From the NCBI GenBank assembly GCA_030390025.1, contig CM059432.1:65846001-65910000 (forward strand): a stretch of DNA of 64,000 nucleotides, in the 5' to 3' direction. How positions within the stretch are numbered: the stretch's first letter is position 1; each line of letters opens with the position of its first letter. Below, piece by piece: positions 47,586 to 62,044 of the stretch. A program made the translations under genes and the position numbers. This DNA comes from Squalus acanthias (Eukaryota). Under the pieces are notes generated by a model. The model searched no databases and had not been told where the DNA came from. It worked only from the letters and a program-made list of their open reading frames with translations.

Positions 47586-49737
47586 TACCGTCTCCTTTTG
47601 GTTTGTCGTGGTGGCTCAATTGCTGATGGTACAGCGGACTGCCGCAGAATGAAGGCATCATGACTGCTGCCAAGATACCGAGCATTGACTTGCATGATGT
47701 GCTGAGTATGGTCGCACACCAGCTGGACATTGAGGGAGTGGAATCCCTTCCGGTTGCGGTATATCTCCAAATTGAGATGTGGCGCCACAAAGCGACCTGT
47801 GTGCAGTCAATGGCAGCATCGGGAAGTCTGCTATCCTGCTGAAGCCGCGTGCTCTGGCAAGAGAGAAGGAAATGTATTCGGCTCTCTTTGCCGACAGAGC
47901 TTCATTCACCTCCCTTATACATGAGTGGACAACAACCTGGGAGATGTTATAGATGTCGCCTATTCCAGCCTGAAAGGAGCCCGACGCAAAGAAGTTCAAG
48001 GCCACGGTCACCTTTACAGCTACTGACAATGCTGTCCTCGCCCTCAGTGAGCACCTCCTTAGTAAAATGGAGATGTCGCATGCACCGTTCTTCACTGAGG
48101 TTGAGGTAGAAGAATTGCTCCCTGAGGTCCCTGGGTGGATATGGCCTCCTGCTGAGAGCCCCTCTCCCCCTCCTCCTGCCTTTTCTAGCAGCTTGTCCTG
48201 CTCTGTGTCGCCTCTGCTCATTCTCCCTGTCTTGCTGCAAGCCAAGGGGGATACAAACTACTGCACCAATGTCTGGGAGCAACTGGTCTGAGCAGACCCC
48301 TTGCAAGTCAGTACCAAGTCCTTGAGCACGTGCCACGCCACGCCACGCCACGCCTTGTAGACTTTCGGCAACTTTAAAGAAGTCTAGAAAGCACCAAACA
48401 ATTGTTCAAACTCAGCAACAGTTGGTAGAAATCAATCAGCTTTAGCTGCTTCATCAATGACCTTCCCTCCAACATAAGGTCAGAATAGGGATGTTCGCTG
48501 ATGACTGCACAGTGTTCAGTGCCATTCACAACTCCTCAGATAATGAAGCAGTCCATGCCCGCATGCAACAAGACCTGGACGATGTTCAGGGTTGGGTTGA
48601 TAAGTGGCAGGTAACATTCGAGCCACAGAAGTGCCAGGCAATGACTATCTCCAACAAGCGAGAGTCTAACTACCACCCCTTGACATTCAATGGCATTACC
48701 ATCACCAAATCCCCCACCATCAACATCCTGGGGGTCACCATTGACCAGAAACTTAACTGGACCAACCACATAAATACTGTGGCAACAAGAGCAGGTCAGA
48801 GGCTAGGTATTCTGCAGCGAGTGTCTCACCTCCTGACTCCCCAAAGCCTTTCTACCATCTACAAGGCACAAGTAAAGAGTGTGATGGAATACTCTTCACT
48901 TGCCTGGATGAGTGCAGCTCCAACAACACTCAAGAAGCTCGACACCATCCAGGACAAAGCAGCCCATTTGATTGGCACCCCCTCTACCACCTTAAACATC
49001 CACTACCTCCACCACCGGCGTACTGTGGCTGCAGTGTGTAACATCTACAAGATGCACTGCAGCAACTTGCCAAGGCTTCTTCGGCAGCACCTCCCAAACC
49101 CACGACCTCTTCCATCTAGAAGGACAAAGGCAGCAGACGCATGGGAACACCACCACCTCCAAGTTCTCCTCCAAGTCACACATCATCCTGACTTAGAAAT
49201 ATATCGCCGATCCTTCATTGTCGCTGGGTCAAAATCCTGGAACTCCCTACCTAACAGCACTGTGGGGGTACCTTCACCACACGGACTGCAGCGGTTCAAG
49301 AAGGCGGCTCACCACCACCTTCTCAAGGGCAATTAGAGATGGGCAATATATGCTGGCTTTGCCAGCGACGCCCACATCCCATAAAAAAAACGAATTAAAA
49401 AAAATCAGCAACTAACCTATAAGTAGGTGATGATGTCTTTAAATATTGCTGGTGAGGGGTCCTTCCTGCTGCTGAACACATGCTCAGCTGTGTGAGATTA
49501 AGAGAGGGTATTAGCTCCAGCTTTGACGTCGAAAATGGCACGCTGATTGACTTCATGATCTGCGTACTTTGCATACGTCCAGTGCACGTTCCCAGCGCCG
49601 ACATTAATGCCCTCACCAAAATGGGATCCAGTGCTGCACGCGCCAGAAGTATGCGCACTGCTCGGTAGCCATTTTCAAGCCAAATCAGCACCCATAGCAC
49701 CCAAACTACGGGTGCTACGCAACTGAATTTTAAGCCC
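47586..49737 (-). mobile_element. Harbinger fragment (transposase pseudogene plus one end), split by LINE A
   Basis: YRNRKGFHSLNVQLVCDH...GSSHDAFIL. End CTGAATTTTAAGCCC. Confidence 0.82.
48441..49402 (+). mobile_element. CR1-group LINE family A, 5'-truncated, with an open 281-aa RT C-terminus
   Basis: FADD motif. ORF 48491-49336. TSD AATCAGC (48434-48440, 49403-49409). Confidence 0.9.
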
Positions 49738-49942
49738 AGCACCTTTGAGTTCCACCAGGACCTCTCGGCTCCAGACCTCATTACCTTGGTCAAGACATGG
49801 ACAATAGACCTGAATTCCAGAGCTGTGTTGAGAGTGACTGCCCTAGACATCAAGGCAGCATTCGACTGGCTTTGAAGTCATATTTGCATAAAGAAAGATG
49901 GTTGTGATTGTTGGACATCAATCAACTTGGCCCCAGGACATC

Positions 49943-51724
49943 GGGCTGGATTTTCCGGGGGGTGGGTGGGGGGGGGGGGGGCGGGCGGCAGCAGGTGCGA
50001 TTGGTGGCGGGCAGGGTGGGAAAGTGTTTTTTTTCCCACTTGATCGGGACCACGCTGTGAACCTGCCGCCACACGCCTTTACCAAATGTCGAGTCTGCCA
50101 TCGCTGAGCAGACCTGACAGGCAGTGGCGGGGGAGGCAATTAAAATCATTAGTGGCTTGTTTACAGCCACTTATCAATGGTTTATCCCCAGCTTTTTGGA
50201 TTTGACAGGTCACCCACCGGTTTCCCGCTATGCCGAGACCTCATCTGTGAAGCTGAGGCGGGAGGTCAGTGGCCATTGATTAGCTGATCAGTTGACAGCT
50301 TCAAATGTTAAGTCAAAGCTCCCAGCTGATTGAGATATGTTCTCTTAACCATTAGCTTCTCTAAACTGCATTTCCACTACAGATTCAGGATGCTGCAATT
50401 CTTTACATAAGTCTCCATCCAGTCTGATCTTATTACCTCTCCCACCATTGACAGATCTCTTCTGTCATCTCCACTTCACCTGCCGTCTATTCCATCAGCA
50501 TGGGTGCCCTTTATACTGTCTCACCTTCGTCCTCAGAATCCCACCATGATCAGCCCCAACACCAGCATCACCAGGCACACCAGCAGCACCAACAACAACA
50601 CCAACCTTCTCCGTAATCAACAGATGCTGCACAGGACGCAGGGCATCAGCACCCGACCACATTGCTGCCCGGGAGGCCATGGATGGCTTCACCATGGCTA
50701 GATTTACTTCACTTGATGCTGTACACCCTGGCTACCACATGATACGCCAGGTTGGCACCACCCCACACCAATACCATAAACATCCCTACAATGCCCAAGC
50801 CATTCCTTTCACACTCAGCACCACTGCGGGGGGGTACCGTTATGTCTCACCATTCACTGCAACTCATTAAGCCACTTCCAAAGGTGCACAAAATCTGTCC
50901 ATGAACGCAAAGTGTTGAAAATAAAGGTTTCAATGTTTGACACCACATTAACAGAAACTTTACATAAACATTGCATACAACACCCAAGTGCCTACCCTTG
51001 TGTGTTGTTAGTTGGTATGATTGGACTAGGATGAGGGTGAATGTGAAGGTTGGCTACAGAGATGGAGATGTGATAATGTAGATAGAGCGGGATGGGTGGA
51101 CGTGCAAGGTAAGTTGGTGTGAGTAAGGATGTGCAGGAGTAGGATAGGGAAGGCAGAGTGATGGGGATGTGATGAGAGGCACAGCAGGATGAGGCTGAGT
51201 GTGGCTTTGTACTAACGTTTCGTGATCTACTGAGATTATTGAAAATTTAGCGACACTGCACCCAGGTCCTCCTGACCACATCCCTGCTTGTGTCCTCCTC
51301 TGCAATGTGTAACCAGCCTGTGTTGATCTCCTGGGGAGGTCTCTTCCGCCCATTGGAAGGGAAGAGAACCTCCCTGCATGCTGTGACTCCCTCCATAAGC
51401 ATATGGAGGGAGTCATGGGAGAGCCTGGGTGCTGCCCTGCGACTCGGTGCAGTGATTGTCAGTGTTTGCAGCAGCTCAATGCTGTAGAACACTTGACAGC
51501 ACAAATGTCAAAATAAATTTGGTCATGGTCCCTTTAAGGAAACCGGCTGATGACATGCATCAAATGACGCTTCCTCTAATTGGCCAGCAAATGTGCTGGG
51601 CGGGCTTAACAAGCCCAATCTAGGGAAATTAATTTCAGAGGCCGGGATGGAGCCAGCAGTGGGGTCGGGACCCGCCACTGACATTGTCTGCCATGGACCC
51701 GCCGAGGTTAGTAAAATCACGTCC
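49943..51724. mobile_element. Non-autonomous Harbinger with transposase remnant (+, ~50500-50710) and Myb exon 1 (minus, ~51480-51215)
   Basis: GGGCTGGATTTT ... AAAATCACGTCC. APRLSHDSLHML...EVLFPSNGRKRPP...RRTWVQCR. Confidence 0.8.
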
Positions 51725-52392
51725 ACTGTTGCAGGAGTTCCTCAGGGCAGTGTCCTGTACCCAACTGTCTTTAGTTGCTTCATCAATGACCTCCCTTCCA
51801 ACATAAGGTCAGAAGTGGGACTGCTCGCTGATGATTGCACATCATTCAACTCCATTCACAATTCCTCAGATAATGAAGCAGTCCATGGCTGCTTGCAGCA
51901 AGACCTGCACAACATTCAGGCTTGGGTTGATAAATGACAAGTAACATTCGCGCCACACAAGTGCCATGTAATGACCATCTCCAAAAAGAGAGTCTAACTA
52001 CCTCCCGTTGTCATTCATTGACATTACCATCACTGAGTCCCCCACCATCAACATTCTGGGGGTCACTATTAACCAGAAACTGAACTGGATCAGCCACATA
52101 AATGCTGTGGCTACAAGAGCAGGTCACAGGCTGGGTATTGTGTAGTGAGTGGCTCACCTCCTGACTCACCAAAGCCTTTCCACCATCTGCAAGGCACAAG
52201 TCAGGAGTGTGATGAAATACTCTCCACTTGCCTGGCTGAGCGCAGCTCCAACAACACTCAAGAAGCTCGACATCATCCCAGGACAAAGCAGCCTGCTTGA
52301 TGGGTAGCCCATCCACCACTTTAAACATTCTCTCCGGAAACCACCGGCGTACCATGGCTGCAGTGTGTACTATCTACAGGATGCTCTGCAGC

Positions 52393-53558
52393 ATAGAAAC
52401 ATAGAAACATAGAAGATAGGAGCAGGAGTAGGCCATTCGGCCCCTCGAGCCTGCTCCGCCATTCAATGCGATCATGGCTGATCATCCAAATTCAGTACCC
52501 TGTCCCTGCTTTCTCCCATATCCCTTGATCCCCTTAGCCTTAAGAAATATATCTAACTCCTTCTTGAATATATTTAATGAATTGGACTCAACTGTCTTCT
52601 GTGGTAGAGAATTCCACAGGTTCACCACTCTCTGAGTGAAGAAATTCCTCCTCATCTCAGTCCTAAATGGCTTACCCCTTATCCTTAGACTGTGACCCCT
52701 GGTTCTGGACTCCCCCGCCATCGGGAACATCCTTCCTGCATCTAGTCTGTCTAGTCCTGTTAGAATTTTATAAGTTTCAATGAGATCCCCTCTCATTCTT
52801 CTAAACTCTAGCGAATATAAGCCCAATCGACCCAATCTCTCTTCATACATCATTCCTGCCATCCCAGGTATCAGTCTGGTGAATCTTCGCTGCACTCCCT
52901 CCATGGCAAGAACATCCTTCCTCAGATAAGGCGACCAAAACTGCACACAATACTCAAGGTGTGGTCTCACCAAAGCCCTGTACAACTGCAGCAAGACCTC
53001 CTTGCTCCTGTACTCAAATCCTCTTGCTATGAAGGCCAACATACCATTTGCCTTCTTAACCGCCAGCTGCACCTGCATGCTTACCTTCAGCGACCGGTGC
53101 ACAAGGACACCCAGGTCTCGTTGCACTTCCCCTTTTCCCAATCTATTGCCGTTCAGATAATAATCTGCCTTCCTGTTTTTGCCATCAAAGTGGATAACCT
53201 TGCATTTATCCACATTATACTGCATCTGCCATGCATCTGCCCAATCACCCAACCTGTCCAAATCATATTGGAGTTTCTCTGCATCCTCCTCACAGCACAC
53301 ACGCCCACCCAGCTTTGTGTCATCTGCAAACTTGGAGATATTACATCTAGTTCCCTCGTCTCGATCATTAACATATATTGTGAATAACTGGGGTCCTAGC
53401 ACCGATCCCTGCGGTACCCCACTATTCACTGCCTGCCACTCGGAAAAAGACCCGTTTATTCCAACTCTTTGCTTCCTGTCTGCCAACCAGTTTTCTATCC
53501 AAGTCAGTACCTTACCCCCAATCCCATGTGCTTTAACTTTGCACGCTAATCTCTTATG
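52393..53558 (-). mobile_element. Young CR1 (HER1-like) LINE, 5'-truncated, with an open 359-aa RT ORF
   Basis: GVPQGSVLGP, KFADD, LYRALVRPHLEYCVQFW. (TTTCTATG)n tail. Confidence 0.92.
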
Positions 53559-54344
53559 CAATTCACCAAGGCTTCTTCAACAGCACCTCCCAAATCTGTG
53601 ACCTCCACTACCTAGAAGGACAAGGGCAGCAGGTGCATGGGAACACGACCACCTCCAAGTTCCCATCCAAGTCACACACCATCCTGACTTGGACATATAT
53701 CGCCATTCCTTCATGGTGGCTGAGTCAAAATCCTGGAACTCCCTACTTAACAGCACTATGAGATGGACTGCAGTGGTTCAAGATGAAGGCTCATCACCAC
53801 CTTCTCAAGGGCAACTAGGGGTGGTCAATAAATATTGGCCTTGCTAGCGACATCCATATCCCCAGAATGAATTAAAAAAAAATGTGAATTCAGCTTGAGT
53901 AGGTCCTAATATTTCAGGTTTTTGTGATGTTCGAGTCAAAAATCTAAATCTGATCCTGCTGAATGGAACAGAATTTTCCCTAGAATGCCAGGGAGTATGG
54001 ATACATTCTCTCAATATAATTTTTGGAATATAAGTGCATTCTCACCTCTACACCACCATATTTCCCTTCTTAAAGGATGACACCAGAAATAAGGGACATG
54101 CTTCATTACTCAAACATTATAGATTTGATGCCTGACCAATAGACCACCAGGGACTGGATTCCTCCACTACAACATCAGTAATACCGCTGCATACATACAC
54201 CACCAGACTGCTGCCAGTCAATCAACTCACTTCTCATTGCCTGGCTAGGAAAAAAAAGTGATTCATTGCTTGCGGAAATTGGAGTCTCCCCACTGAGTTA
54301 TATAGGTAATAACAACCGCATAGTAGACTCATGACTAAGTCAGA

Positions 54345-55483
54345 GCATGTGGCATCAGGGGGCAAGTAGCAGAATGGATAGCAAGTTGGCTACAGAACTG
54401 AAAACAGAGAGTAGGGGTTAAGGGTAGCTACTCAGACTGGCAAAAGGTGGGAAGTGATGTTCCACAATGATCGGTGCTGGAACCACTGTTGTTCACAATT
54501 TACATAACGATTTGGACTCAGGAATCGGAAGTACAATTTCAAAATTTGCGGACGACAGCAAATTTGGGAGTTTAGTAAAAACTGAGGAAGACTGCAACAA
54601 AATACAAGAAGACATTAATAAACTTGCAGAATTGGCATGTAATTGGCAAATTAATTTCAATATAGATAAGGGTGAGGTGTTACATTTTGGTAGGAAGAAT
54701 AAGGAGGCCACATATTGCTTGGAGAGTCTAAATGGGGTAGAGGAGCAAAGGGATCTCGGGGTACAGATACACAAATTACTAAAAGTAGTGGTTCAGATTA
54801 ATAAGACCATAAAAAAGCAAACTAAGCACTGGGGTTCATTTCTAGAGGGACAGAATTGAAAAGCAGAGAAGTTATGTTAAACTTGTATCGAACCTTGGTT
54901 AGACCACACTTGGAGTACTGTGCAGTTTTTTGGTCTCCATATTATAAAAGGGATACAGAATACAGAGGCACTGGGGAAAATGCAAAAAAGATTCACATGG
55001 GTGATACCAGAAATGAGAGGATATACTTATCAGGAAAGGCTAAACAGACTGGGGCTCTTTTCTCTAGGAAAGAAAAAGCTGAGGAGTGACCTGAAAGAGG
55101 TCTTTAAGATTATGAAAGGGTTTGATAGGGTAGACACAGAGAAGATGTTTCCACTTGTGGGGGAGACCAAAACTAGGGGCCATAAATATAAGATAGTCAC
55201 TAATAAATCCAATCGGAATTCAGGTGGAACTTCTTTACCCAAAGGGTTGCAAGAATGTGGAACTTGCGACCACAAGGAATAGTTGAGGCGAATAGCATAG
55301 ATGCATTTAAGGGGAAGCTAGATAAGCACAGGAGAGAGAAAGGAATAGAAGGTTATGCTGATAGGGTTAGATGAAGAGGGGTGGGAGGATGCTCATGTGG
55401 AGCATAAATGGTTACATCAGCCAGTTGGGGTGAATGCTCTGCTTCTGTACTGTAGACTCTATGTAACTCTATGTAGCTATGTA
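54345..55483 (+). mobile_element. Degenerate CR1 LINE 3' part
   Basis: SKFADD; LYRTLVRPHLEYC; (CTATGTAA)-like tail. Confidence 0.85.
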
Positions 55484-56857
55484 ACAAAACGCATTAAACT
55501 GAACAAAAAACATTTACTTCCAATCCTGTGTCTCCATCCACAAATGGCTACAACTTACCTGCCACAAGTTATTTACAATTGTGTGGTTCAGGCACAAAGA
55601 TGGCTTTTGCAATGTGTTACTGGGAAATGAAAGTGAATTCATCATATTCAGGTCAAATTGGTATTGGGGTCCTACGATCAAGTAGGACCCTGATTTGGAT
55701 ATGTAAGCAAGCTCCTGCCAGAATTGTATCAGAAGGGTTTTTGGGCATCAATGAGGCAGCCAAGGTGTCTCTCCGCCACCTCAATTTTCACCTACCAGCT
55801 TCCCGTTTTTCCGGCTGTTGAAAATTGCTCCCCCCTAGATTTTTAACTGGAGTCCCAGGACCCCTAGGGGTCCTCAAAAGGACCAGGAGGACATCAAATT
55901 TCTACCCAGCTGTCATCAAATTTCCATATTTCCTTGTATTTCTTGATTTACTCCCTCACTATTTCTGTTGCTGTATAACAAAAACATTCCACAATTTTCC
56001 TTTTGGTAGTTGACCTTGTTTTTTGGAGATTACAACAGGACATCCACAGGGGTATATCAATATCTCCAAGGGTCCTCCACACACAAACCTGAAATCCATT
56101 CTCTAAATTAATATTGTAACATATTTGCCTGTAACCTTTCCATTTTAAAATTTAAAGCTTGACCTTTGCTGATAACATTCTGAATTGCTTTACAGGATAC
56201 TCAGAGTACAGAAATAACAACATGCTGTGACTTATTAGCAAAAAATATCTCAAATTGACCTACCCTGCAGCTATGCATTGTCTGTGTGGATGCACTTGTT
56301 TTCCTTAGTTTACATAGGGTTTAATCATGTATGCAATAAAGATGTATTTGAAAATACAGTATACATACACAATTTTCTGGAAAAGACTAATTTTCATATC
56401 GGCATTTGCACTGGCAAACTGAAGTAAAATACAAGTTTAATGATTGACAGTTACAACACTACCAAAAGCTTTAAAATGAAATGGGGCATAAAACAAATGA
56501 GTCTTTGTTGAGCAGCAGGCAGTCGACCTGATGAAGTCAGTCAGACCGCCCTAATTAGGATTAAACCCAAGCAATGTGGAGAGCATGGAAGAAATATGTT
56601 AACTTCTTATTAGTACAACAGAAAGAAAAAAAATCATCAAATAGCTTGTTATTAGTGGTTAAAATCCTTTGCGTAATGAAACCCGCATCTACTAGCTGCT
56701 GAAAACACAGTTTTCCATAACATTTAAAATATAACATCACTTAAGTGGTCATTAACACATTAAAATTGGTTACTATTTTTGATATTACAACTGTTGCTGT
56801 ATATGTTGGGGGATAACTTTATATGCTACACTTCCTCATTTGTGAAATTTATTTAAA

Positions 56858-58148
56858 AGCAACTCGCATTTATATAGCACTGGTAATGTTAAAACATTTC
56901 CAAAGTGCTTCATAGAGGAATAAGCAGACAAAAATGGATGCCGAGCCAAAGAAGGAGATATTAGGAAGTGCGAACAAAACCTTGGTCAAAGAAGTGGGTT
57001 TTAATCAGGGACTTAAAGGAGGAAAGGAAGATGGAGAGGTGGTGGAGTTTAGGGAGGGAAATCTACAATGTGGGCACCAATGGTGATGCAAGTGGAGGGA
57101 ATGCATAAGAAGCTAGAGTCAGAGGACCAGAGAGCTCTGGGAGTGTGTAGGGCTGGGGGAGGTTACAGAGATAGGGAGCAGTGAGGCTAGAAAGAAATTT
57201 AAACACAAGAAGCATGTAGGTCAGCAAGGAAAGAAGTGATGGGTAAGTGAGACTTGGCGTAGAATAGTATATGAGCAGTAGAGTTTTAGATCTGCTGAAG
57301 TTTATGGAGAGTGGAGAATGGGATGTCTGCCAGGAAAGTATTGGATTTGTCTGGAGCTGACAAAAGCATGGGTAATAGTTTCAGTAACAGATGGGCTGAG
57401 GAAGGGGCAGAGGTGGGAGATGTTACAGAGGGAGAAGTAGGTGATCTTTGTGATGGAGAAGATATGAGTTTGGAAGTTCAGCTCAAGGTCGAATAGGATG
57501 CCAAGGTTGCAACAGTCTGGTTCTTCCTGAGACAATGGCTGGGAAGGGGGTGAAATTGGCAGTGAGTGTACAAAGTTTGTGGCAGAGGCAGAGGATGATG
57601 GTTACATTATTCCCAATACTTAGCTGGCGGAAATTGCAGCTCATTCAAGACTGGATATTAGATAAGCAATCTGACAATACAGAGGCAAGGGTCAAGAGTA
57701 GTGGTGCAGAGGTAGAGCTGGGTGTTGTCAGCGTACATGTTAAAGCTGACCCCAGTGATATCACCAAGGAACAGCATGTAAAAGAGGAAGAGGGGGTCCA
57801 AGGATTGATCCTGGGGAGACTCCGTAGGCAATGGTGTGTTGGCAGGAAGAGAAACCTTTACTGGTGATGGTTTGGCTACAATTGGACAGGTAAGAGTGGA
57901 ACCAAACGAGTTCCATTGGATGAGGGAGGCATTGGAAGAGAATGTTGTGATGCGGTCGACTGTGTCAAAGACTGCAGAAAGGTCGAGGAGGATAAAACAA
58001 GATAATGTGCCAAGGCTACAGTCACAGAGGATGTCATTTGTGACTGATTATGGTAATTTCAGTGTTGTAGCAGGGACAAAAACCTGAATGGAGAGATTCA
58101 GACACGGAGTTGCGGAAAAAATGATCATGGATTTGGGAAGCGACAACA
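56858..58148 (-). mobile_element. Degenerate L2 LINE
   Basis: NLGILFD.EL.F..HI..ITK..YF.L.NI motif. L2-type tail GCTATATAAATGCGAGT. Confidence 0.75.
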
Positions 58149-58574
58149 AAAATAGCCCGATTTTTCAAGTCTTTCTTCATATTTGTATTTCCTCATACCA
58201 GACAGCATCCTAACGAATCTGCACTGTATCCTCTCTATTGTCTAAACAGCCTTCCTATAGTGTGGAACCTAAAACTGCACATAGTACTCCAACTGTGGTT
58301 TTGTTAGATTTATCATTACATCTTGACTTTTATATTCTATGGAGTAGAATTTCCGCAGGGTTTCCCAATCACAAACTGTAACTTCAGCGGAAGATTGGTG
58401 GTATCCCCGGAGAAAATGCATTAATGGTCATTTAAACATATACCTCTTGCCTTAAAACCCAATATTCCATTTGTTAATTATGGCCTTATCCACTTGAGGG
58501 GCTGCATTTAATGTGTTGTGAACCTGACCCCCCCAATTACCTCTGTTCTTTCCCCCATTCAATGCATAATTAAT

Positions 58575-59333
58575 GGGCCAGAATTTACTGTAGTCTGCCA
58601 ACAAAAGGTGCACGCCATTCATTAGACTTGCCCTTGCCATTTAATTTCCATGAGATTTTGCACTGCAAGTTGCTGTAAGTGGGAGATCCAAATGGTGCGG
58701 TGCTCTTTACAGGGCATCTGGGATCTGAGTGAACAGGGAAAGCAACTGTGTATCTCCTTAACCAAACAGATTGAAGAATTCGGAAATAAACAGCACAGAG
58801 TCTGAACCAGGAAGTGTCAGTTAGAATAGTGCATTCAATGTCAAATCAGGTACAGAAAGCAAAATAAAGAGAGGGAAAGAAAGATTTGATTTAGAAAGAG
58901 ACAGAAAGAAAAAGTAAGAAAAGTAATTGTTTTTAAAAATCTCCAACATCAATTAAAAGCTGAAGGCATGAGACTCCACTCTTGTAATAGTTCACTTTCA
59001 GTGTCAGAGAGGTTGTTTGGCAGTAATTAAGACTTATCACTCCGTTAAAAAGGGTAATTAGACTGAAATGGACAAGTCCTAACTATACGTGGCATGTTTA
59101 CATTGGATCTACCATGCAAGTACAGGAACTTCACGCCATTCAATGCATTTCAATGGTGAGGCAGACTACGAGATGCCGTATTCGCAAAGCTAATGGTGGA
59201 ACGGCACATTCTGGACAGTAATGTCTGGATTTTCGCGTTTAACCACGTCCTCGCCTGAAGTTTCTGTGCGATGTCCATAAATAACGGTGAGCGTCGTTAG
59301 CCTCACTGTTATTTTGACAGGAAAATCTGGGCC
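58575..59333. mobile_element. Harbinger MITE related to 30851-32360 (inverted)
   Basis: GGGCCAGAATTT / AAAATCTGGGCC. Flanks AAT/ATT. Confidence 0.72.
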
Positions 59334-59826
59334 ATTACTTTTAGTTTATTTTTTAACCAAAATGTACCACCTCACATTTAATGTCACTGAATTCATCTGT
59401 CTTGGACATTCATTGTCCTGGAGTCTCCAAGGATCTAAGGTTAATCTCCCGAGCACTGCTGTGAGCATTCTGGAAGAAATGCGTAAAAAGAGTTTGCGAT
59501 TCACACAGAACTCCTCACACCACAGCTTCAAGTTTTGGTTCCAAACCCTTCCTGCCCCTATGTTCATGTAAGAGAATTCATCTGGGAAACGGCACGGGCG
59601 GCACGAGTGGGCGTTGCCAAGTTTGGACCAAGGCCAAAACCGAACAACAGGTGAGATGGATTCACAAAATATGTTAAACCACAAATAAAGGAATGGTTTA
59701 AACAAATTTTAAAACAGAAATAACTTCAAACTATATTTCTTAAAATAGATGTGTTGTACAAATAGAATACAAAAAAACATGCATAACCACTATTTTATTT
59801 TCTATTTAAAGCACTTGATAAAACTA

Positions 59827-61030
59827 GGGAGAAAAATTCATCCCCTTAGCGCGCCCGTTAGCACCAGTAGATGGCACTAATGCGGCATTGAGACCAGGGC
59901 GAGACAAATCCAGCACCGCACGCCAAATTGGGCCTCCCCATAGCGCTGCCGGTAACATCTATCGCTGGGGACCTCAACGCCAGGGAGATCATGACGTCAG
60001 TGAGTGTGCAACGCTCACTGAACACCCAATTTCCCAAATTGCTTTAACCACTTACCTCACCACCTGGAGTAAACACCGACAGGGAGAGCTGGCATGCAGC
60101 ACCAGGAAGCCGGCTGCAGGGATGTTATTTAAAGGGATCATCAGTAATCACTCGCACCTGTCAGGTTAATGCAGTTTCAATGGCTTTTTGTTAGATTCAG
60201 CTACTGCAACAGTTTCATTGAGTAATTTCAAGGTTCTTTTTTATCAGGAGTCTTGTGGCAAGTAGAAAGTAGCTACATTTATTCTTCAAAGATTCAAACT
60301 GCAACACTTGGTAAGATTAATGGGGGCTGTACTGGCATGCCACCTCGCCCTCCAGGATCTATGGCGGAAGGAGTGTAGGCAGCGAGAAAGACGGAAACAT
60401 ATGCACAGCGGGAGGAGGACAAGGACGAGGAGGAAGTTGATGAGAAGGAAGAAGATGAGGAACAGGAGGGAGGGAGGAGGCAGCCGAACAATCGGGGTTC
60501 CGGACAGGCGTTCTGTGATGTGGTGTACCACCTCCCTCCACATAGTGCGGCAGACTGGTGGTGAGGGTCTCCTGCCAGTTGATGGGTAGGACTGGCCGCC
60601 TCCAGCGCTAAAACCAATGCCTCCAAAGCTTCATGGGAAAACCTATGGGCTATCTCCCTGGGGCAGCGATCTTCCATGAGGATTTGTAAATAAGTGCTTC
60701 TCCTTGTCCTTCTTCTTATAGTTGTTGAGGTAGCTGCACAGCTAACAATGCTGAGAATGAGGTGCTGCAGCATCAATAAACCTCCCCTTTAAGTAGTGAA
60801 AAAAGCCTGTGGCAATCATGAGTTGCGATTAGACTGCACCCAATATTGGTCCAGTCTTTAAGTGTAACGCCAATGAGCTTGGGTTTTTAGACCTGATTTA
60901 AGACTCCAATCATTTTATTGAGCAGTGAGGACAAATTTTGCATGCAGTCTAGAGCATTTTCGTCTGGTGCTAATTTGCCATCTTTTGTCCTAACACCACC
61001 CATTCCTTGGCTATAACAAATTTCTAGCCC
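59827..61030. mobile_element. Miniature Harbinger with remnants of both genes
   Basis: GGGAGAAAAATT / AATTTCTAGCCC. Transposase N-terminus joined to the acidic tail (~60320-60490). Myb start MEDRCPREIAHRFSHEALEALV on minus. Confidence 0.78.
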
Positions 61031-61209
61031 TAGGAATATAGGAACAGTTTTTTTTTTAAGCTTGAACAAGATTCATTTGAAATAAAAATTTAGTTGACAT
61101 GACACCTTTGCATTTCAATAACCGTACAGCTATGAATATGTAAAAATTGGATCAAAGTACATGGGACATAAAACCAGACAAACTATGATTTTTCTTCGTT
61201 AAAGTAACT

Positions 61210-61675
61210 GTTGGAGAATTTTAGCTATGAGGAAAGATTGGATAGGCTGGGGTTGTTTTCTTTGGAACGGAAGAGGCTGAGGGGAGACTTAATTGAGGTG
61301 TATAAAATTATGAGGGGCCTAGATAGAGTGGATAGGAAGGACCTATTTCCCTTAGCAGAGAGGTCAATAACCAAGTGGCATAGATTTAAATTAATTGGTA
61401 GAATGATTAGAGGGGAGTTGAGAAGAACTTTTTTCACCCAGAGGGTGGTGGGGGTCTGGAACTCACTGCCTGATAGGGTGGTAGAGGCAGAAACCCTCAT
61501 CACATTTAAAAAGTACTTAGATTTGCACTTGAAGTGTAGTAACCTACAAGGCTACGAACCAAGAGCTGGAAAGTGGAATTAGGCTGGATAGCTCTTTTTC
61601 AGGCAGCACAGACACAATGTGCCAAATGGCCTCCTTCTGTGCCGTGAATGTCTATAATTTTATGATTCTATGCTA
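61210..61675 (+). mobile_element. CR1 3' fragment
   Basis: SYEERLDRLGLFSLE...FFTQRVV. (ATTCTATG)-like tail. Confidence 0.85.
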
Positions 61676-62044
61676 TAAAATCTAGTACATAGCTCATATC
61701 TTCTAAATTTACGAAAATGACTTGGACTGATGTAACTTCTAAGGTTTCCAAAAGAACAAGCCTGCCAATGTGGGCATGCCTTACCAATCTTGACTTTATA
61801 ATAGATAAGATGGTTACAAACAAAACAGAATACATGACAGTGTTCACAGTCTACTTTTACACATAATGGGTAGATACCTTTAACTATTGTATTTTTTTCT
61901 AAAAATGCTGTTAAGTACGAGCAAAGACACTGAACTACTGGGGACCCAACTTTTATAAGATAAACACAATAATATTTGCAAACTGCAGGTAAAGATCACA
62001 CAATCAAACCTCCAGGAAACGTCCAACCAGAGTTGCCAACCCTA

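Larger units (their letters stand above)
49745..53880 (+). mobile_element. LINE family A copy split by a Harbinger and a CR1
   Basis: ALDIKAAFD at ~49840; GVPQGSVL; LADD; 3' end 53560-53880. Confidence 0.82.

Noticed and set aside
55650..55900. Palindromes GGGTCCTAC/GTAGGACCC and GGACCCCTAGGGGTCC
   Set aside because: Probably a decayed MITE; ends and TSD could not be defined.
59346..59705. 119-aa ORF or coding exon in unique DNA
   Set aside because: Splice-like signals on both strands but no recognisable protein; unsupported without data.
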